Shown: one piece after another, positions 12,678-25,612 of the stretch | Numbering within the stretch: the first letter of the stretch is position 1 | Layout: every line of letters starts with the position of its first letter | Assembly: GCA_964016885.1 (NCBI GenBank) | Contig: OZ024763.1 | Coordinates: 19,220,001-19,284,000, forward strand | DNA length: 64,000 nucleotides | Direction of reading: 5' to 3' | Source: Eledone cirrhosa | Taxonomy: Eukaryota | Program-made: the position numbers and the translations under genes | Notes under the pieces: model-generated | Database searches by the model: none | The model's input: the letters and a program-made list of their open reading frames with translations, nothing else | Told to the model about the DNA's origin: nothing

Positions 12678-12680
<3 letters not shown>
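12226..12680. mobile_element. Family C hammerhead-bearing palindromic element
   Basis: Near-perfect ~175-bp inverted arms plus a 3' tail, TA-flanked. The minus-strand arm has an intact CTGAAGA...GAAA-tatata-TA (12264-12340); the plus-strand arm has GAAA changed to AAAA. Confidence 0.8.
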
Positions 12681-12724
<44 letters not shown>

Positions 12725-12725
<1 letters not shown>

Positions 12726-13316
12726 CACGATAAATTAAGGGAGCCATAGACTCTCGCCATTCCCTGTCAATAATGTGCTCAAAGGAGAAGGGATCCTGAG
12801 CTCTTTAAAATACAATATGTTGAAAAGGTAACACACTAGAGAGAGAGATAGTGCGCCATCAATAAAACAGGGAAAAACCACCAGTGTATGGAATCTATAA
12901 CCTCTGAAAGGCAGGGTAGACACACGATAATTAAAAACATAAATTAAAGTGTATATACGTACCTCTATAACTATATAAACACACACGTACAAATCCAAAG
13001 AGACACAACCATCCAATAAGTTGTTGACAGAAATGAAATAGCCTTGTTGACAGAAATGAAATAGCCCATGGTTCATCAGCGTGTGTAAGGCTAAACATTT
13101 CAGACAACTCTAAGAGAATCTAAAGCGACCGTCCAGCTACACTTGGGAGAGAGATTTCACAGCGTGTTTAGGGCAGTGAACCAGTGGTGTCTGAGGGACG
13201 AGCTGCTATAAAGGGCAGCCCAAAACCACTCAGAGAAGTGTGCTCAACCAAACAGAGTGAGGAAAGACTGGTTTTTCCCTGTTTTATTGATGGCGCACTA
13301 TCTCTCTCTAGTGTGT
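12725..13316. mobile_element. TA-flanked element with a ~50-bp inverted repeat (12834-12885 / 13267-13315) and an asymmetric tail
   Basis: cactagagagagagatagtgcgccatcaataaaacagggaaaaacca recurs inverted; architecture resembles families A-F. Confidence 0.55.
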
Positions 13317-13660
13317 ATATATATATGGCTACCTTGTTCGATCGTTATACCAAAAGCTTACAACGAAAGCAGACAGTATAATTGATTTAGGTGTCACAGA
13401 AACCTCCCTCTGGATTTTACCAACACTTTCCAGGAGGTCCAGGTGAATTCTTTTCTTAACCTGTTTAGCTTGCTTCGTTTTATTTTATTTTTTGTCTCTG
13501 GTGACTGGTGGCTTAACGACCTCTATTTTCATTTTATCTGGCCTTTATAACGTATGTTAATTGCTCTGGTCTTCTTTTAGTCCATTGAGCGCTTGCCACA
13601 CATCTCAAGGATTGCGTTTCGTTTTGTTTTTGGCCCCCGCCGAAATTATATATATATATA

Positions 13661-13860
13661 ATTGTTTCTACGTTTGGCACAAGGCCACCAATTATCTCAG
13701 TGTATTACTGGTACTTTATTTTATCGACCCCGAAAGGACGAAAGGCAAAGTTAATCCCGCTGAGGTTAACTTTGCCTTACGTCCTTACGGGATAGATAAA
13801 ATAAAGTACCAGTAATACAGTGGGATAATTGCTGGCCTTGTGCCAAAAGTAGAAACAACT
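13661..13860. mobile_element. Head-to-head inverted pair of Meta-type SINE 3' halves
   Basis: Arms 13661-13754 and 13766-13859 are reverse complements with some divergence, flanked by TA. Confidence 0.8.
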
Positions 13861-13879
13861 ATATATATATATGTGTGTG

Positions 13880-14170
13880 TAGAAGTTCTATTTAAATTGT
13901 TGGGATACAACAAGCAAATATTTTTATAACTGATATAAAGCACTCAAAATTATTGGAGTAAAAACGATTTATTAACAAATATCCGGGAGCTTCCAACAGA
14001 AATGGTCGCATTCTTTAAGGGTATGTCAATATTTATTTATAAAACTGATCTATATTATATTTTATCTGATGAAAGCACACCTTAATTTAACTTGGTGGGT
14101 GTCCTTGAAATATGTATAATGAAATAAATATGGTTTTATAAATATAGTTTCCATTTGTTAATATATCGTA
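13880..14170. mobile_element. Family C element; hammerhead on + at 14056-14128
   Basis: tattttat-CTGATGA-aagcacacc...ggtgtcctt-GAAA-tatgta-TA-atgaaata, with an inverted 3' tail at 13880-13980. Confidence 0.7.
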
Positions 14171-14219
14171 TATATATTTCTATCTCTATAGTTCAATAGC
14201 CAATGTTGCTAATAATAGT

Positions 14220-14622
14220 GACTGTGTGTATAGATGTGTGTGTGTGTGTAGATGTGTGTGTGTATAGATGTGTGTGTGTATAGATGTGTGTGTGTATAGA
14301 TGTGTGTGTGTATAGATGTGTGTGTGTGTATAGATGTGTGTGTGTATAGATGTGTGTGTGTATAGATGTGTGTGTGTCTTGGTTGTGTGTGTGAGAAGCT
14401 GCTAATCACTGTGTCAGTGTGTGTATGTGGAGCTGTTACTAACTGTCAGTGTGTATGCGTGTCGTGCTGTTAATAACTGTGTGTGTGTGTGTGTCGTGCT
14501 GTTAATAACAGTGTCAGTGTGTGTGTGTGGTGCTGTTAATAACAGTGTCAGTGCGTGTCAGTGTGTGTGTATGTGGTGCTGTTAATAACTGTGTGTGTGT
14601 GTGTGTGTGTGGTGCTGTTAAT

Positions 14623-14666
<44 letters not shown>

Positions 14667-14751
14667 TGCTGTTAATAACTGTGTGTGTGTGTGTTGTGCT
14701 GTTAATAACAGCGTCTGTGTGTGTGTGTGTATGTGCTGTTACTAACAGTGT

Positions 14752-14785
<34 letters not shown>

Positions 14786-14945
14786 TGCTGTTACTAACAG
14801 TGTGTGTGTGTGTGTGTGTGTGTGTGGTGCTGTTACTAACAGTGTGTGTGTGTGTGTGTGTGTATGTGGTGCTGTTACTAAGTGTCAGTGTGTGTGTGGT
14901 GCTGTTACTAAGTGTCAGTGTGTGTGTGGTGCTGTTACTAAGTGT

Positions 14946-15044
<99 letters not shown>

Positions 15045-15066
15045 TACTAAGTGTGTGTGTGTGTGT
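14220..15066. repeat. GT-based compound minisatellites (tatagatgtg; gctgttaataac)
   Basis: Direct repeats interleaved with (GT)n. Confidence 0.9.
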
Positions 15067-15165
15067 GGTCTGTCTAGCTGTGCTGTCTTCACTGGTTGGC
15101 GGCGACTTGGGCTATTCTTAGTAACCCGAGCTGGAAAGCCATAGAACAATGCGGAAACAACGAAA

Positions 15166-15199
<34 letters not shown>

Positions 15200-15890
15200 A
15201 AAGAGAGAGTGAGGGGGAGAGTGACAGAGAGTGAGGGGGAGAGTGACAGAGAGTGAGGGGGGAGAGTGACAGAGAGTGAGGGGGAGAGTGACAGAGAGTG
15301 AGGGGGGAGAGTGACAGAGAGTGAGGGGGAGAGTGACAGAGAGTGAGGGGGGAGAGTGACAGAGAGTGAGGGGGAGAGTGACAGAGAGTGAGGGGGAGAG
15401 TGACAGAGAGTGAGGGGGAGAGTGACAGAGAGTGAGGCGGAGAGTGACAGAGAGAGAGGGTGTGAGTGACAGAGAGAGGGTGTGAGTGACAGAGAGAGGG
15501 GGGGAGAGTGACAGAGAGAGGGGGGAGAGTGACAGAGAGAGAAGGTGTGAGTGACAGAGAGAGAGGGTGTGAGTGACAGAGGGGGGGTGTGAGTGACAGA
15601 GAGGGGGGGTGAGTGACAGAGAGAGAGGGGGAGAGTGACAGAGAGAGAGGGGGAGAGTGACAGAGAGAGAGGGGGAGAGTGACAGAGAGAGAGGGGGGAG
15701 AGTGACAGAGAGAGAGGGGGAGAGTGACAGAGAGAGAGACGGGGAGAGTGACAGAGAGGGGGGAGAGTGACAGAGAGAGGAGGGAGAGTGACATAGAGAG
15801 AGGGGGGAGAGTGACAGAGGGGGGGGGGGGGGTGACACAGAGAGAGAGAGAGGGGGGAGAGTGACAGAGAGAGAGAGAGAGAGAGAGAGT
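15200..15890. repeat. GA-rich ~22-bp minisatellite (gagagtgacagagagtgagggg)
   Basis: Tandem units visible directly. Confidence 0.92.
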
Positions 15891-16301
15891 GTATAGAGAG
15901 GGAGAAATAGAACTAGACATGTATATATATATATCTATGTATATATATATACATGTATGTATATATATATATATATATTCATTCACGAGAACAGGGCTTA
16001 CCGATACGAATTAAAGTACTCAACACACACACAGTGTGTGTGTGTATATATATATACATACATACATACATACATACATACATAGTGCACACATACATAT
16101 ACACACATATAGTGTGTATATGTATGCGTATATATATATTATATATTAACGGACAGACGGAGAAAGGAAGATAGGGGAGAGGGAGATGTGATAAGGTGAG
16201 ACTGGCGAGGTCGGGGCGCAGGATGGAATATTAATTAAGTCATAGAATCTCCAAGATTATTTTATCATTTATTTATTCCTTCTTAATCCGATGCCAAATA
16301 A

Positions 16302-16890
16302 AACCAACCAAACCATCCAGCCGTCTCACCAACCAAACACACAACCATCCAGACCTCTGACCAACCAAGCACAACCATCCAGACCTCTGACCAACCAAAC
16401 ACACAACCATCCAGACCTCTGACCAACCAAGCACAACCATCCAGACCTCTGACCAACCAAGCACAACCATCCAGACCTCTGACCAACCAAGCACAACCAT
16501 CCAGACCTCTGACCAACCAAGCACAACCATCCAGACATCTGACCAACCAAGCACAACCATCCAGACCTCTGACCAACCAAGCACAACCATCCAGACCTCT
16601 GACCAACCAAGCACAACCATCCAGACATCTGACCAACCAAGCACAACCATCCAGACCTCTGACCAACCAAGCACAACCATCCAGCCGTCTGACCAACCAA
16701 ATACACAACCATCCAGCCGTCTGACCAACCAAATACACAACCATCCAGACATCTGACCAACCATCCAGTCGTTTGACCAACCAACCAGACAACCATCCAG
16801 CCCTCTGACACAACCATCCGACCAACCATCCCACATACCAGATACACAACTCTCTAGCCAAACAAACAACCACCTAGCCAACCAGACATA
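16302..16890. repeat. 30-bp minisatellite ccagacctctgaccaaccaagcacaaccat
   Basis: Tandem units, degenerate toward the 3' end. Confidence 0.94.
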
Positions 16891-16903
16891 CAACCCTCTA
16901 AAC

Positions 16904-17138
16904 CAGGCATACCAAACAAGCTTGTAAAGAGCCGAATGGGGCCCACAAGCCCCATTCGGTTCTTTACAAGCAAACCTGCAGCCCGCACAAAGGTTTTTAC
17001 AGCGCGAGCATGCTTTATCTTCGTAATATAAAATTTAAAAAATTAGTTGTAATGTGCGCAATTAGTTGTCGTGTGTGGCCCTCAGACAACATATGTAAGC
17101 CATGTGGCCCTCGGGGGACCCTCAGTTTGACATGACTG
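16904..17138. mobile_element. hAT-type MITE
   Basis: TIRs caggcataccaaac / gtttgacatgactg; 8-bp TSD ctctaaac / gtctaaac; tgtggccc subterminal repeats. Confidence 0.72.
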
Positions 17139-17214
17139 GTCTAAACAACCAGACAACCAGATAACCATACACACAGCGATCCAGCTCCTGCGACCTTGCA
17201 TCTCATAAGTGGTT

Positions 17215-17375
17215 TCTCTGGTGTTTTAATGATAGGGACCCCGGTCCTATCACAAAAGGCATCGTGAAATGAAATGTCTTGCTCAAGAACACACCGTACT
17301 TCCCGGTCAAGGAATCGAAGTATCGAACCCACAAGCTTAAGATTATGAGATCGAAACCCTAACTACATCGCCATG
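17215..17375 (-). mobile_element. CORE-type SINE
   Basis: gtgaaatgaaatgtcttgctcaagaacac is the reverse of the CORE-like motif. Confidence 0.6.
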
Positions 17376-17484
17376 GACGGGGTTAGCTGGCAGTCAGGGT
17401 TTACAAGAAATTATTTCCATAAACCCGTTTGATCACCAAACCCTGGCTCTATCATATAAAGCTGTTGTTCATTTTGAAGTGAGG

Positions 17485-17631
17485 TGTACTTCCGGCATTC
17501 GCGTTAATCGCGGAATTTTCCTTAGAACGTAATTAATAATTGTTCGTGGAAACCACCGTATATTCGCGGTTTTTCATACTTCGCGGGTGCTTTAGGAATG
17601 AAACCCCCGCGAATACCGAGAGACAACTGTA
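17485..17631. mobile_element. Tigger/pogo-like MITE fragment
   Basis: ttcgcg-rich, ends cgcgaataccgagagacaactgta; homologous to 49925-50232. Confidence 0.6.
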
Positions 17632-18189
17632 TTCACATTTATCTGCCTGAAAGGGAATGGACTCCGCCTGGTCCTGGTTTAAAATGCCCTAGAAACGCTA
17701 CATGTCAATATGGCGCCCATACGATTCCCTCGGGAGTTACGGGCCCTTACCATTCGACCTTTATCTAAAAACATTCCATCAATATTCTATATAAAAACCC
17801 TTCAACAGTGTCTTTCACTAGAAATATGCCATGAAAAGAGTTTAAATGCTTATATTTATCTTAAAATCTTAAGTTATGATGCAGACACCAATTAAATAAT
17901 GAGGAAGTTATTTATATTAAATCTCCTCAAATTCTTAATTATTTTTCAACATAATTTGAAAACATTAAGCAGTCTTTCACTAGAAATATGGCATTAAAGG
18001 GGTTTAAATATATATAAATTTATATATATATATATATATATATAAGAATCTATCTAAGTTATGTTGTAGATAGAAAGTTAGTTATATTTCTAAATCTCTC
18101 CAAATTCTTGATTATTTTTCAAAATAATTTGAAAACCTTAAGCAGTGTCTTTCACGAGAAATATGGCATTAAACGGGTTTAAATATATG

Positions 18190-18376
18190 TAGGAAAAGAG
18201 TCAGGACCCCGACGGCTGAGCTCCGGCCGTTTCGCCAGTTCGGATCTAGCTGTCGAAACGGCCGGAGCTCAGCCGTCGGGGTCCTGACTCTTTTCCTATA
18301 TATATATTTAAATACCCTAAGTATTGAGTACTCTGGTGCGTTATGGTCCACCTGGTATCTTACCACACTTTCTTTG

Positions 18377-18378
<2 letters not shown>
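18190..18378. mobile_element. Family E fold-back element with hammerhead 3' half
   Basis: Palindrome 18190-18298 contains GAAAC-ggc...gcc-GTC; tail contains ttgagtactc. Confidence 0.72.
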
Positions 18379-18417
<39 letters not shown>

Positions 18418-18421
<4 letters not shown>

Positions 18422-18622
18422 AACCAGTAAGACCCCGACGGCTGAGCTCAAGCCGTTTCGACGGCTAATTCTGGACTAAATATATAGTCCAGAATTAGCC
18501 GTCGAAACGGCTTGAGCTCAGCCGTCGGGGTCTTACTGGTTCCTATTACCCACTCTACTACCCCAAGTATTGAGTACTTTGGTGCGTTATGGTCCACCTG
18601 GTTCCTTACCACATTTCCTTCG

Positions 18623-18625
<3 letters not shown>
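18418..18625. mobile_element. Family E fold-back element (perfect ~60-bp arms)
   Basis: taggaaccagtaagaccccgacgg...ggact / agtcc...ccgtcggggtcttactggttccta; TA-flanked. Confidence 0.75.
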
Positions 18626-18664
<39 letters not shown>

Positions 18665-18779
18665 CTAAGAACATTTTAGTTATGTTGCTAACACACAAAT
18701 TATACAGGTAAAATTGTGTGTGTGGACAGCTCACACCTGGCCTCCTCCGAGGTATATCTCGTTGTAGGTGTCTTGGGTA

Positions 18780-18953
18780 AGTTAATGATAGGGACCCCAG
18801 TCCTATCATCTCATTTCTACAGTTGAGTAAACTGGAGCAACGTGAAATAAAGTGTCTTGCTCAAGGAACCAACACATCACCCGGTCCGAGAATTGAACTC
18901 ACAAACTTTCGATTGCAAGCCCAATGCTCTAACCAATAAGCCATGCGCCTTCA
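18780..18953 (-). mobile_element. CORE-type SINE
   Basis: Reverse complement of the 21083 copy. Confidence 0.72.
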
Positions 18954-19375
18954 GTATACGAAATTTTTTTCAATCCCCGGCCACAAGTTCAATGTGTTAG
19001 GTCGATCTCATTATCAAGATTTTTTCGTGACAACGAATTTTTTTATACCTCGTTATAACGGAATTTTACTGTATTACTAAATCGCTCTGAATTCTTGATT
19101 ATTTTCGAAATGATTTGAACAAAACCATAAGCAATGTCTTCCATTAGAAATAGTTAAATACCCGGAAGGTTATCTCCTAAAAAAAGTTAGCTTCAGTTAT
19201 CGAGGTGACCTAATTATCAAGGAAGCTGTGAACTCTGCAAGAAGAGTTTGAAACAGTGGAAAAGTTACTAGTTTTTCTCTCTGCTGGCAACAAACGGGTT
19301 CTCTCTCAGTGAAAGGTTGGCTGGTTGTTTGGTTGGTTGAATAGACAGACAGATAAAGGGATAGGTAGAGGGATG

Positions 19376-19431
<56 letters not shown>

Positions 19432-19435
<4 letters not shown>

Positions 19436-19688
19436 TATTTCTTTATTAGCCACAGGGGCACAAAAGAAGGGGACAAATACAAAGGGGGAAGTTTACATAC
19501 AATAAAAACGTGTAAAATGTTATCACAGATGGAATTTAAAAAGTTAGTCGATTTTCCCCAATAGAGGGAGACAGTTTATATGGGTAACACATACCCCCGA
19601 AAAAAAATGTGCAACCCTCATCTCCAGGAGTACGAAGAGCTTGTACTCCTTTCCTCTCCTCCTCCTTTTCCTCAACCTACAGGCTGAT

Positions 19689-19690
<2 letters not shown>
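19432..19690 (-). mobile_element. LINE-like 3' UTR ending AATAAAG and inserted in a (TATC)n tract
   Basis: tttctttatt...ggggacaaatacaaa also occurs at 19767, 46548, 46965 and 47157. Family unassigned. Confidence 0.45.
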
Positions 19691-19749
<59 letters not shown>

Positions 19750-19922
19750 CATGTAGATAGAGAAGATATATTTCTTTATTTGTCACAAGGGCGCACAATA
19801 CAAAGACACATGGCGGGGATTTTACATACAGACAAACAAATAGATAGATAAATAGACAGACAGGCAGTCGGACAGATAGACAGACGGATAAACAGATATA
19901 GATAGATAGATTGACAGATGGC

Positions 19923-19966
<44 letters not shown>

Positions 19967-20303
19967 GTGATAGATAGATAGAGTGATGCATGTGTAGGAA
20001 GTGTGATGTTGCATGGCAGCCAGGAATGGATGTGGAATGTAGAGGATACAGGAAGGTTGGAGAGATGGAGAAGAGAAATGAGGCGAGTATACTCCGTCGT
20101 TGGATGAGTAATGTTAGTGACGTAGTGTGGTGGTGGTGGTCGTCGTAGGATAGAGAGGTGGTGAGAGGGGACAGGGGGTGTAGGAGAGTGGGGTTGAGGT
20201 AGGGGAGACGATTGTTGTTAGTGGGGGGGATGTGTGATGATGGTGTGTGGAGGATGACGGTTTGGTGGAGAGTGAGAGAGAGAGAGAGAGGGGGAAAGGA
20301 GGG

Positions 20304-20378
<75 letters not shown>

Positions 20379-21040
20379 CAGAGAGAGAGAAAGAGAGAGA
20401 GAAAAAACAGAGAGAGAGGGGAAAAGGAGGGATCAGAAAGAAATAGAGAGAGAGGGGGAAGGAGGGATCAGAAAGAAATAGAGAGAGAGGGGGAAGGAGG
20501 GAACAGAAAGAAATAGAGAGGATGGAGAGAGAGGGGGAAGGAGGGAGCAGAAAGAAATAGAGAGAGAGGGGGAAGGAGGGAACAGAAATAGAGAGAGAGG
20601 ATGGAGAGAGAGAGGAGGAAGGAGGGAACAGAAGGAGAGAGAGGGGGAAGGAGGGAACAAAAGGAGAGAGAGAGGGTGCGGACGGTATGGAAGACATGAC
20701 AACCCCCCTAGTGCTGGTGTCATGGTAAAATACACTCAAAAGAGCGCAGGAACTTTATTTTTAAAAAAATACAAAAAAAAAACCCAGTTATAAACAGGTA
20801 GCTCTTCTCTTTCCCAGTGAAGGACCAGCGTCCGAAACGTTAAGAGTATTTCTCCGACTGAGTTAAAGACATGACAACCTCTCTAGTGCTAGTGTCATGA
20901 TAAAATGCACTCGTTAGAGCGCAGGAACTTATGTAAACAAGATGAAGGCCCCAGGTCCGCAGCTCAGCTTGAATTGTGACACAGCCTGCGGTAACTAGGG
21001 AAGATGGCCGCTAAACGATGAGGATGATGATGACACACAC

Positions 21041-21071
<31 letters not shown>

Positions 21072-21082
21072 CATATATATAT

Positions 21083-21425
21083 GAAGGCACATGGCTTAGT
21101 GGTTAGAGCATTGGCCTTGCAATCGAAAGGTTGTGAGCTCAATTCTCAGACCGGGTGATGTGTTGTTTCCTTGAGCAAGACACTTTATTTCACATTGCTC
21201 CAGTTTACTCAGCTGTAGAAATGAGATGATAGGGACTGGGGTCCCTATCATTCCACTGCAAAGTGGTCGTGGAGGTGCCACGCAAAAAAAGCACCCAGCA
21301 CTCACTGTAAATGAGGTTGGTGTTAGGAAGGGCATCCAGCTGTAGAAATCAAGCCAGCATCAGTTCCCGTCCCACCCTTGCAAGCAGGGAAAAGCGGACG
21401 TAAAATGAAATGATGATGATGATGA
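21083..21425 (+). mobile_element. Full-length CORE-type SINE with RTE-derived tail and (GAT)n end
   Basis: tRNA-like head, ccttgagcaagacacttt, ggtgttaggaagggcatccagctgtagaaa, ggacgtaaaatg...gatgatgat. Confidence 0.8.
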
Positions 21426-21445
21426 AATGATATATGTATATATAT

Positions 21446-21868
21446 AACCAAAAGTTAAACAAGGTTCATTGATTAATCAATGAATATAGTTTTACAATAG
21501 ATTAGAAGCACTCAACAGTTAAGTTTTCTGGAATTATTAATATTACTTCAAAATATTATTAAATATAGACATTCATGTGATCAAACATTTTATTATATAT
21601 ATTTCAGAGGTACTGTGCTGTTTCCTCAGTACGTCCTCATCAGATAAAATAAATTGATGTCTGACATACCTCAACTGTGCTGATGGTTCAATTCCAGTCT
21701 TGGCTGCCAAGACTGGAATTGAACCATCAGCACAGTTGAGGTATGTCAGACATTAATTTATTTTATCTGATGAGGACGTACTGAGGAAACAGCTCAGTAC
21801 CTCTGGAATATATATAATAAAATATATTTGATCACATGAATGTCTATATTTAATAATATTTTGAATTA

Positions 21869-21872
<4 letters not shown>
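21446..21872. mobile_element. Family D hammerhead-bearing palindromic element
   Basis: About 165-bp inverted arms centred on 21705 (ggc-t-gcc). Intact hammerhead on the minus arm (~21587-21652); the plus arm has GAAA changed to GGAA. Confidence 0.82.
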
Positions 21873-21928
<56 letters not shown>

Positions 21929-22175
21929 ATGTGTGTGTGGGTGGGTGTGGATGTGTGTGTGTGTGTGTGTGGGTGTGTTTAAGACCTCAATTGTTCACAT
22001 GTAAACATGTATGTATATATATACACACACACACACACATTTTGTTTATTTACTTATATGTACATATGTATATATTTACATACATACATGTATATATTTA
22101 TATATATATATATATACATTGTATATATTTATATATATATATATATACATTGTATATATTTATATATATATATAT

Positions 22176-22218
<43 letters not shown>

Positions 22219-22725
22219 TGCATATAAATTATATACATACATGTATACATTATACATTTAGCGATAACACTACATATTAAAGTATATATATATATATATA
22301 TATACACATATAGTACTGTAGTGAGGAGTGTACATTATATCGTGTGTATATATACATATATATATACACACGTGTGTATACTAATGAGGAGGAAGTATGC
22401 TAACCACTACAGATGAGAGGAAGGAACAATTCTCATCTGGTGAAACAGACATATGTAGTGATATATACAAATATGTATATAAGTATGTATATAAGTATGT
22501 ATACATAAACATACTTTGTATATACACAGCGACACATTGTTCGTTCTTTAACCTTATAGATATACACAACTATATATATATATATATGCGTGTGTGTGTG
22601 TGTATATAGATGTATGTGTATGTATATATATGTACATAGATGTGTGTATATATATATATATATAATTGTATATATATATATGTACATAGATGTGTGTATG
22701 TATATACATACACACATCTAATTGT

Positions 22726-22770
<45 letters not shown>

Positions 22771-23014
22771 TACACTTACATACATATACATCTATATAGA
22801 TACATACATATATAGAAAGAGATATACATAGATAGACGCACACATATATATATACACACACACATATATATACATACACACACACACACACACACACACA
22901 TATAAACACGTGAGATTACTCGACTATATCCGCTCCCCGTTAGTTCAATACCCAGCATGCAATGCGAGGTTTTTCTCGGTCAGTTACCAAAGGTTAACTA
23001 ACAGCCGGAATAAA

Positions 23015-23390
23015 GGACTGTGTCTTGTGTATAAGGACTGTGTCTTGTGTATAAACACTGTCTTGTGTATAAAGACTGTGTGTTGTGTATAAGGACTGTG
23101 TGTTGTGTATAAGGACTGTGTCTTGTGTATAAAGACTGTGTCTTGTGTATAAAGACTGTGTCTTGTGTATAAAGACTGTGTGTTGTGTATAAAGACTGTG
23201 TGTTGTGTATAAAGACTGTGTGTTGTGTATAAAGACTGTGTGTTGTGTATAAAGACTGTGTCTTGTGTATAAAGACTGTGTCTTGTGTATAAAGACTGTG
23301 TCTTGTGTATAAAGACTGTGTCTTGTGTATAAAGACTGTGTCTTGTGTATAAAGACTGTTGTGTGTATAAAGACTGTGTTTTGTGTATAA
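23015..23390. repeat. 20-bp minisatellite aaagactgtgtcttgtgtat
   Basis: Tandem units. Confidence 0.95.
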
Positions 23391-23448
23391 GTACGTGGTT
23401 GTGTGTTCTGTTCTTGAACAAAACACTTCATTTCACTTTGCTCTGGTA

Positions 23449-23787
23449 CAGAGTTTCCCAAACTTTTGGGGGAGCCCCAAAGTCAAAATCGACTCAACAA
23501 TTGATCTCCACGTGGGTCTGTCGTTCATTGCCGTTGCCAAGTCCTGGATTTCAATACCAAGATCTCTGGAGATGACATCGGGGTAGGAGATCTTGCGCCG
23601 CCTGTTATTAGTGACTGCTTGTGGTTTCCAAAGCACTAATGGGGACACAGCCTCGTCGGTGGCACGATAGCAGTGGCCAGCAAATCTTACTCTCCTTTTA
23701 CATACAACGACTATATAAATATAGTCCTCTACCTTTTTGCAAGGAATCCCCGACATTCCTTTGCGGAACCCACTTTGGGAACCACTA
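23449..23787. mobile_element. hAT MITE containing an RTE LINE fragment, inserted in a CORE SINE
   Basis: TIRs cagagtttcccaaac / tttgggaaccacta; TSD ctctggta / ctctagta. Internal minus frame reads KRRVRFAGHCYRATDEAVSPLVLWKP...AMNDRPTWRSIV (RTE C-terminus). Confidence 0.75.
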
Positions 23788-23937
23788 CTCTAGTATACTC
23801 AGCTGAAAATGAGTAGCAGTAATAACTGGGGGTTTAACCCTGCGATGGACTGGCGTCCTGTCCACGAGGGAGTTCTGTACTCTCAGTCGCTTCACACCAC
23901 GTAAAACCAGATAACCCTTTCCTTACCATATTTCTAT

Positions 23938-24340
23938 TGAGGCGAGTGGCCTAGTGGTAAGCATGTTGGACTTACTATCATAATTGTTTCTACTTTTGGC
24001 ACAAGGCCAGCAATTATCCCAGTGTATTACTGGTACTTTATTTTATCGACCCCGTAAGGATGAAAGGCAAAGTTAACCTCGGCTGGATTTGAACTCAGAA
24101 TGGCAAGGGGCGTAATGACGGTAGGTTCGATTCCTAGACTGTGTGTTGTGTTCTTGAGCAAAACACTTCATTTCGCGCTGCTTGCTCCAATATACTCAAC
24201 TGAAAATGAGTACCAGCAATAGCTGGGAGTTTAACCCTGTGATGGACTGGCTTCCTCTCCAGGGGGAAGTCTTGTACTGTCGGTCGCTCCTCGTTATGAA
24301 ACCGGGATAAGCACCGACCTAAAGAACCTTAAAATGGCTT
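23938..24340 (+). mobile_element. CORE-type SINE interrupted by a minus-strand Meta-type SINE (23983-24115)
   Basis: tRNA head is split between gtggcctagtggtaagc and gtaggttcgattcc by the inserted SINE. Confidence 0.7.
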
Positions 24341-24571
24341 AAGACAAACTGTAGACTTTTAGACGTGGGGGGAGGGGTAAACAGATGGACTGGCAACGTG
24401 TCCTGTTCAGGGTGGAGTCTGGTACTCTCGGTTGCTTAACGACATAAGCAAGCACCAGCCAGATGATTCTTCGGGCTTGAGACAGGCTTTAAAAGTTTAG
24501 TGGTTAGCAGGTTTGGTTCAGATTTTGATCGAGAGTTCCATTTCCGGCGACAAGTTGTGTCCTTGAGTTGG

Positions 24572-24606
<35 letters not shown>

Positions 24607-24790
24607 TACTTTGTTATGTGGCCTTGAGAACTACGTTAAGGGCGCACGTGGCTGCTGTGGAACGTTCAGCGACTTATACGTTGGTATCTGTCATGATCAG
24701 GTTTGATCCGTTGATCAACACAACTGGAACAGCCGTCGTTGGAAACTGATGAAAGTTCAACGCACACACACAGAAACAGATAGAGAGATA

Positions 24791-24843
<53 letters not shown>

Positions 24844-25367
24844 TCATACAGACAGATTAATATTCACCTGAACAGTGTCTCAGTAGACACGAAAGTAATG
24901 GTGAAAATATTTGACTTTTGAACTGTGCACAATTCTAGAAACTGAACTATATATATGTGTGTGTGTGTATGTGTGTATACGATTGTTTTCAAACTTTACA
25001 CATGTAATACTTGTGGTCCTGTGAGTGTTTTGAGCAAAGAATATTTCAAATTTTCAATGCCCTAGGGACCGCATTAGGCGATTTAGCGATCTCTCTCTAT
25101 AATTCTTACTCTTTCTGTTTAGATAGATACATAGATATAACGTTGCACCCTTATAATATCTGTCTATGTCTGCAAGTTGACATTATGACGCTGTGTGTGT
25201 ATATATATGTATATATATATATATAGTGTGTGTATATATATATATATATAGTGTGTGTAACGTTTTTAGAAATATTTACTTCTGCGTTCACAGATTGATT
25301 TTTTTAGTTTTAGAAGATCCCGTTAAGGGTGAAAGCAGTGATTCTTTGCTTAAACTTTAATCTGTTA

Positions 25368-25407
<40 letters not shown>

Positions 25408-25409
25408 TA

Positions 25410-25557
25410 TATTCGTGTACAGATATTTTTTTTGCATACACAATAACAAAATATAAACAAACGTATTTATTTCACGAGGTTCGGTAAGGATAAATATATA
25501 TCAAATATATAAGAACCCTAGAGCAAATCCCGAGCAGCGCCGGGCCATTCTGCTAGT
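25410..25557 (+). mobile_element. Helitron-like 3' end
   Basis: Hairpin cccg-agcagcgc-cggg followed 8 nt later by CTAG|T. The upstream segment is repeated at 4960-5010. Confidence 0.6.
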
Positions 25558-25560
25558 TAT

Positions 25561-25611
<51 letters not shown>

Positions 25612-25612
<1 letters not shown>

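Noticed and set aside
12226-12680. Palindromes as classical MITEs or pre-miRNA genes
   Set aside because: Arms are asymmetric, centres vary between copies, and they contain ribozyme cores. A TSD cannot be distinguished from the TA tract.
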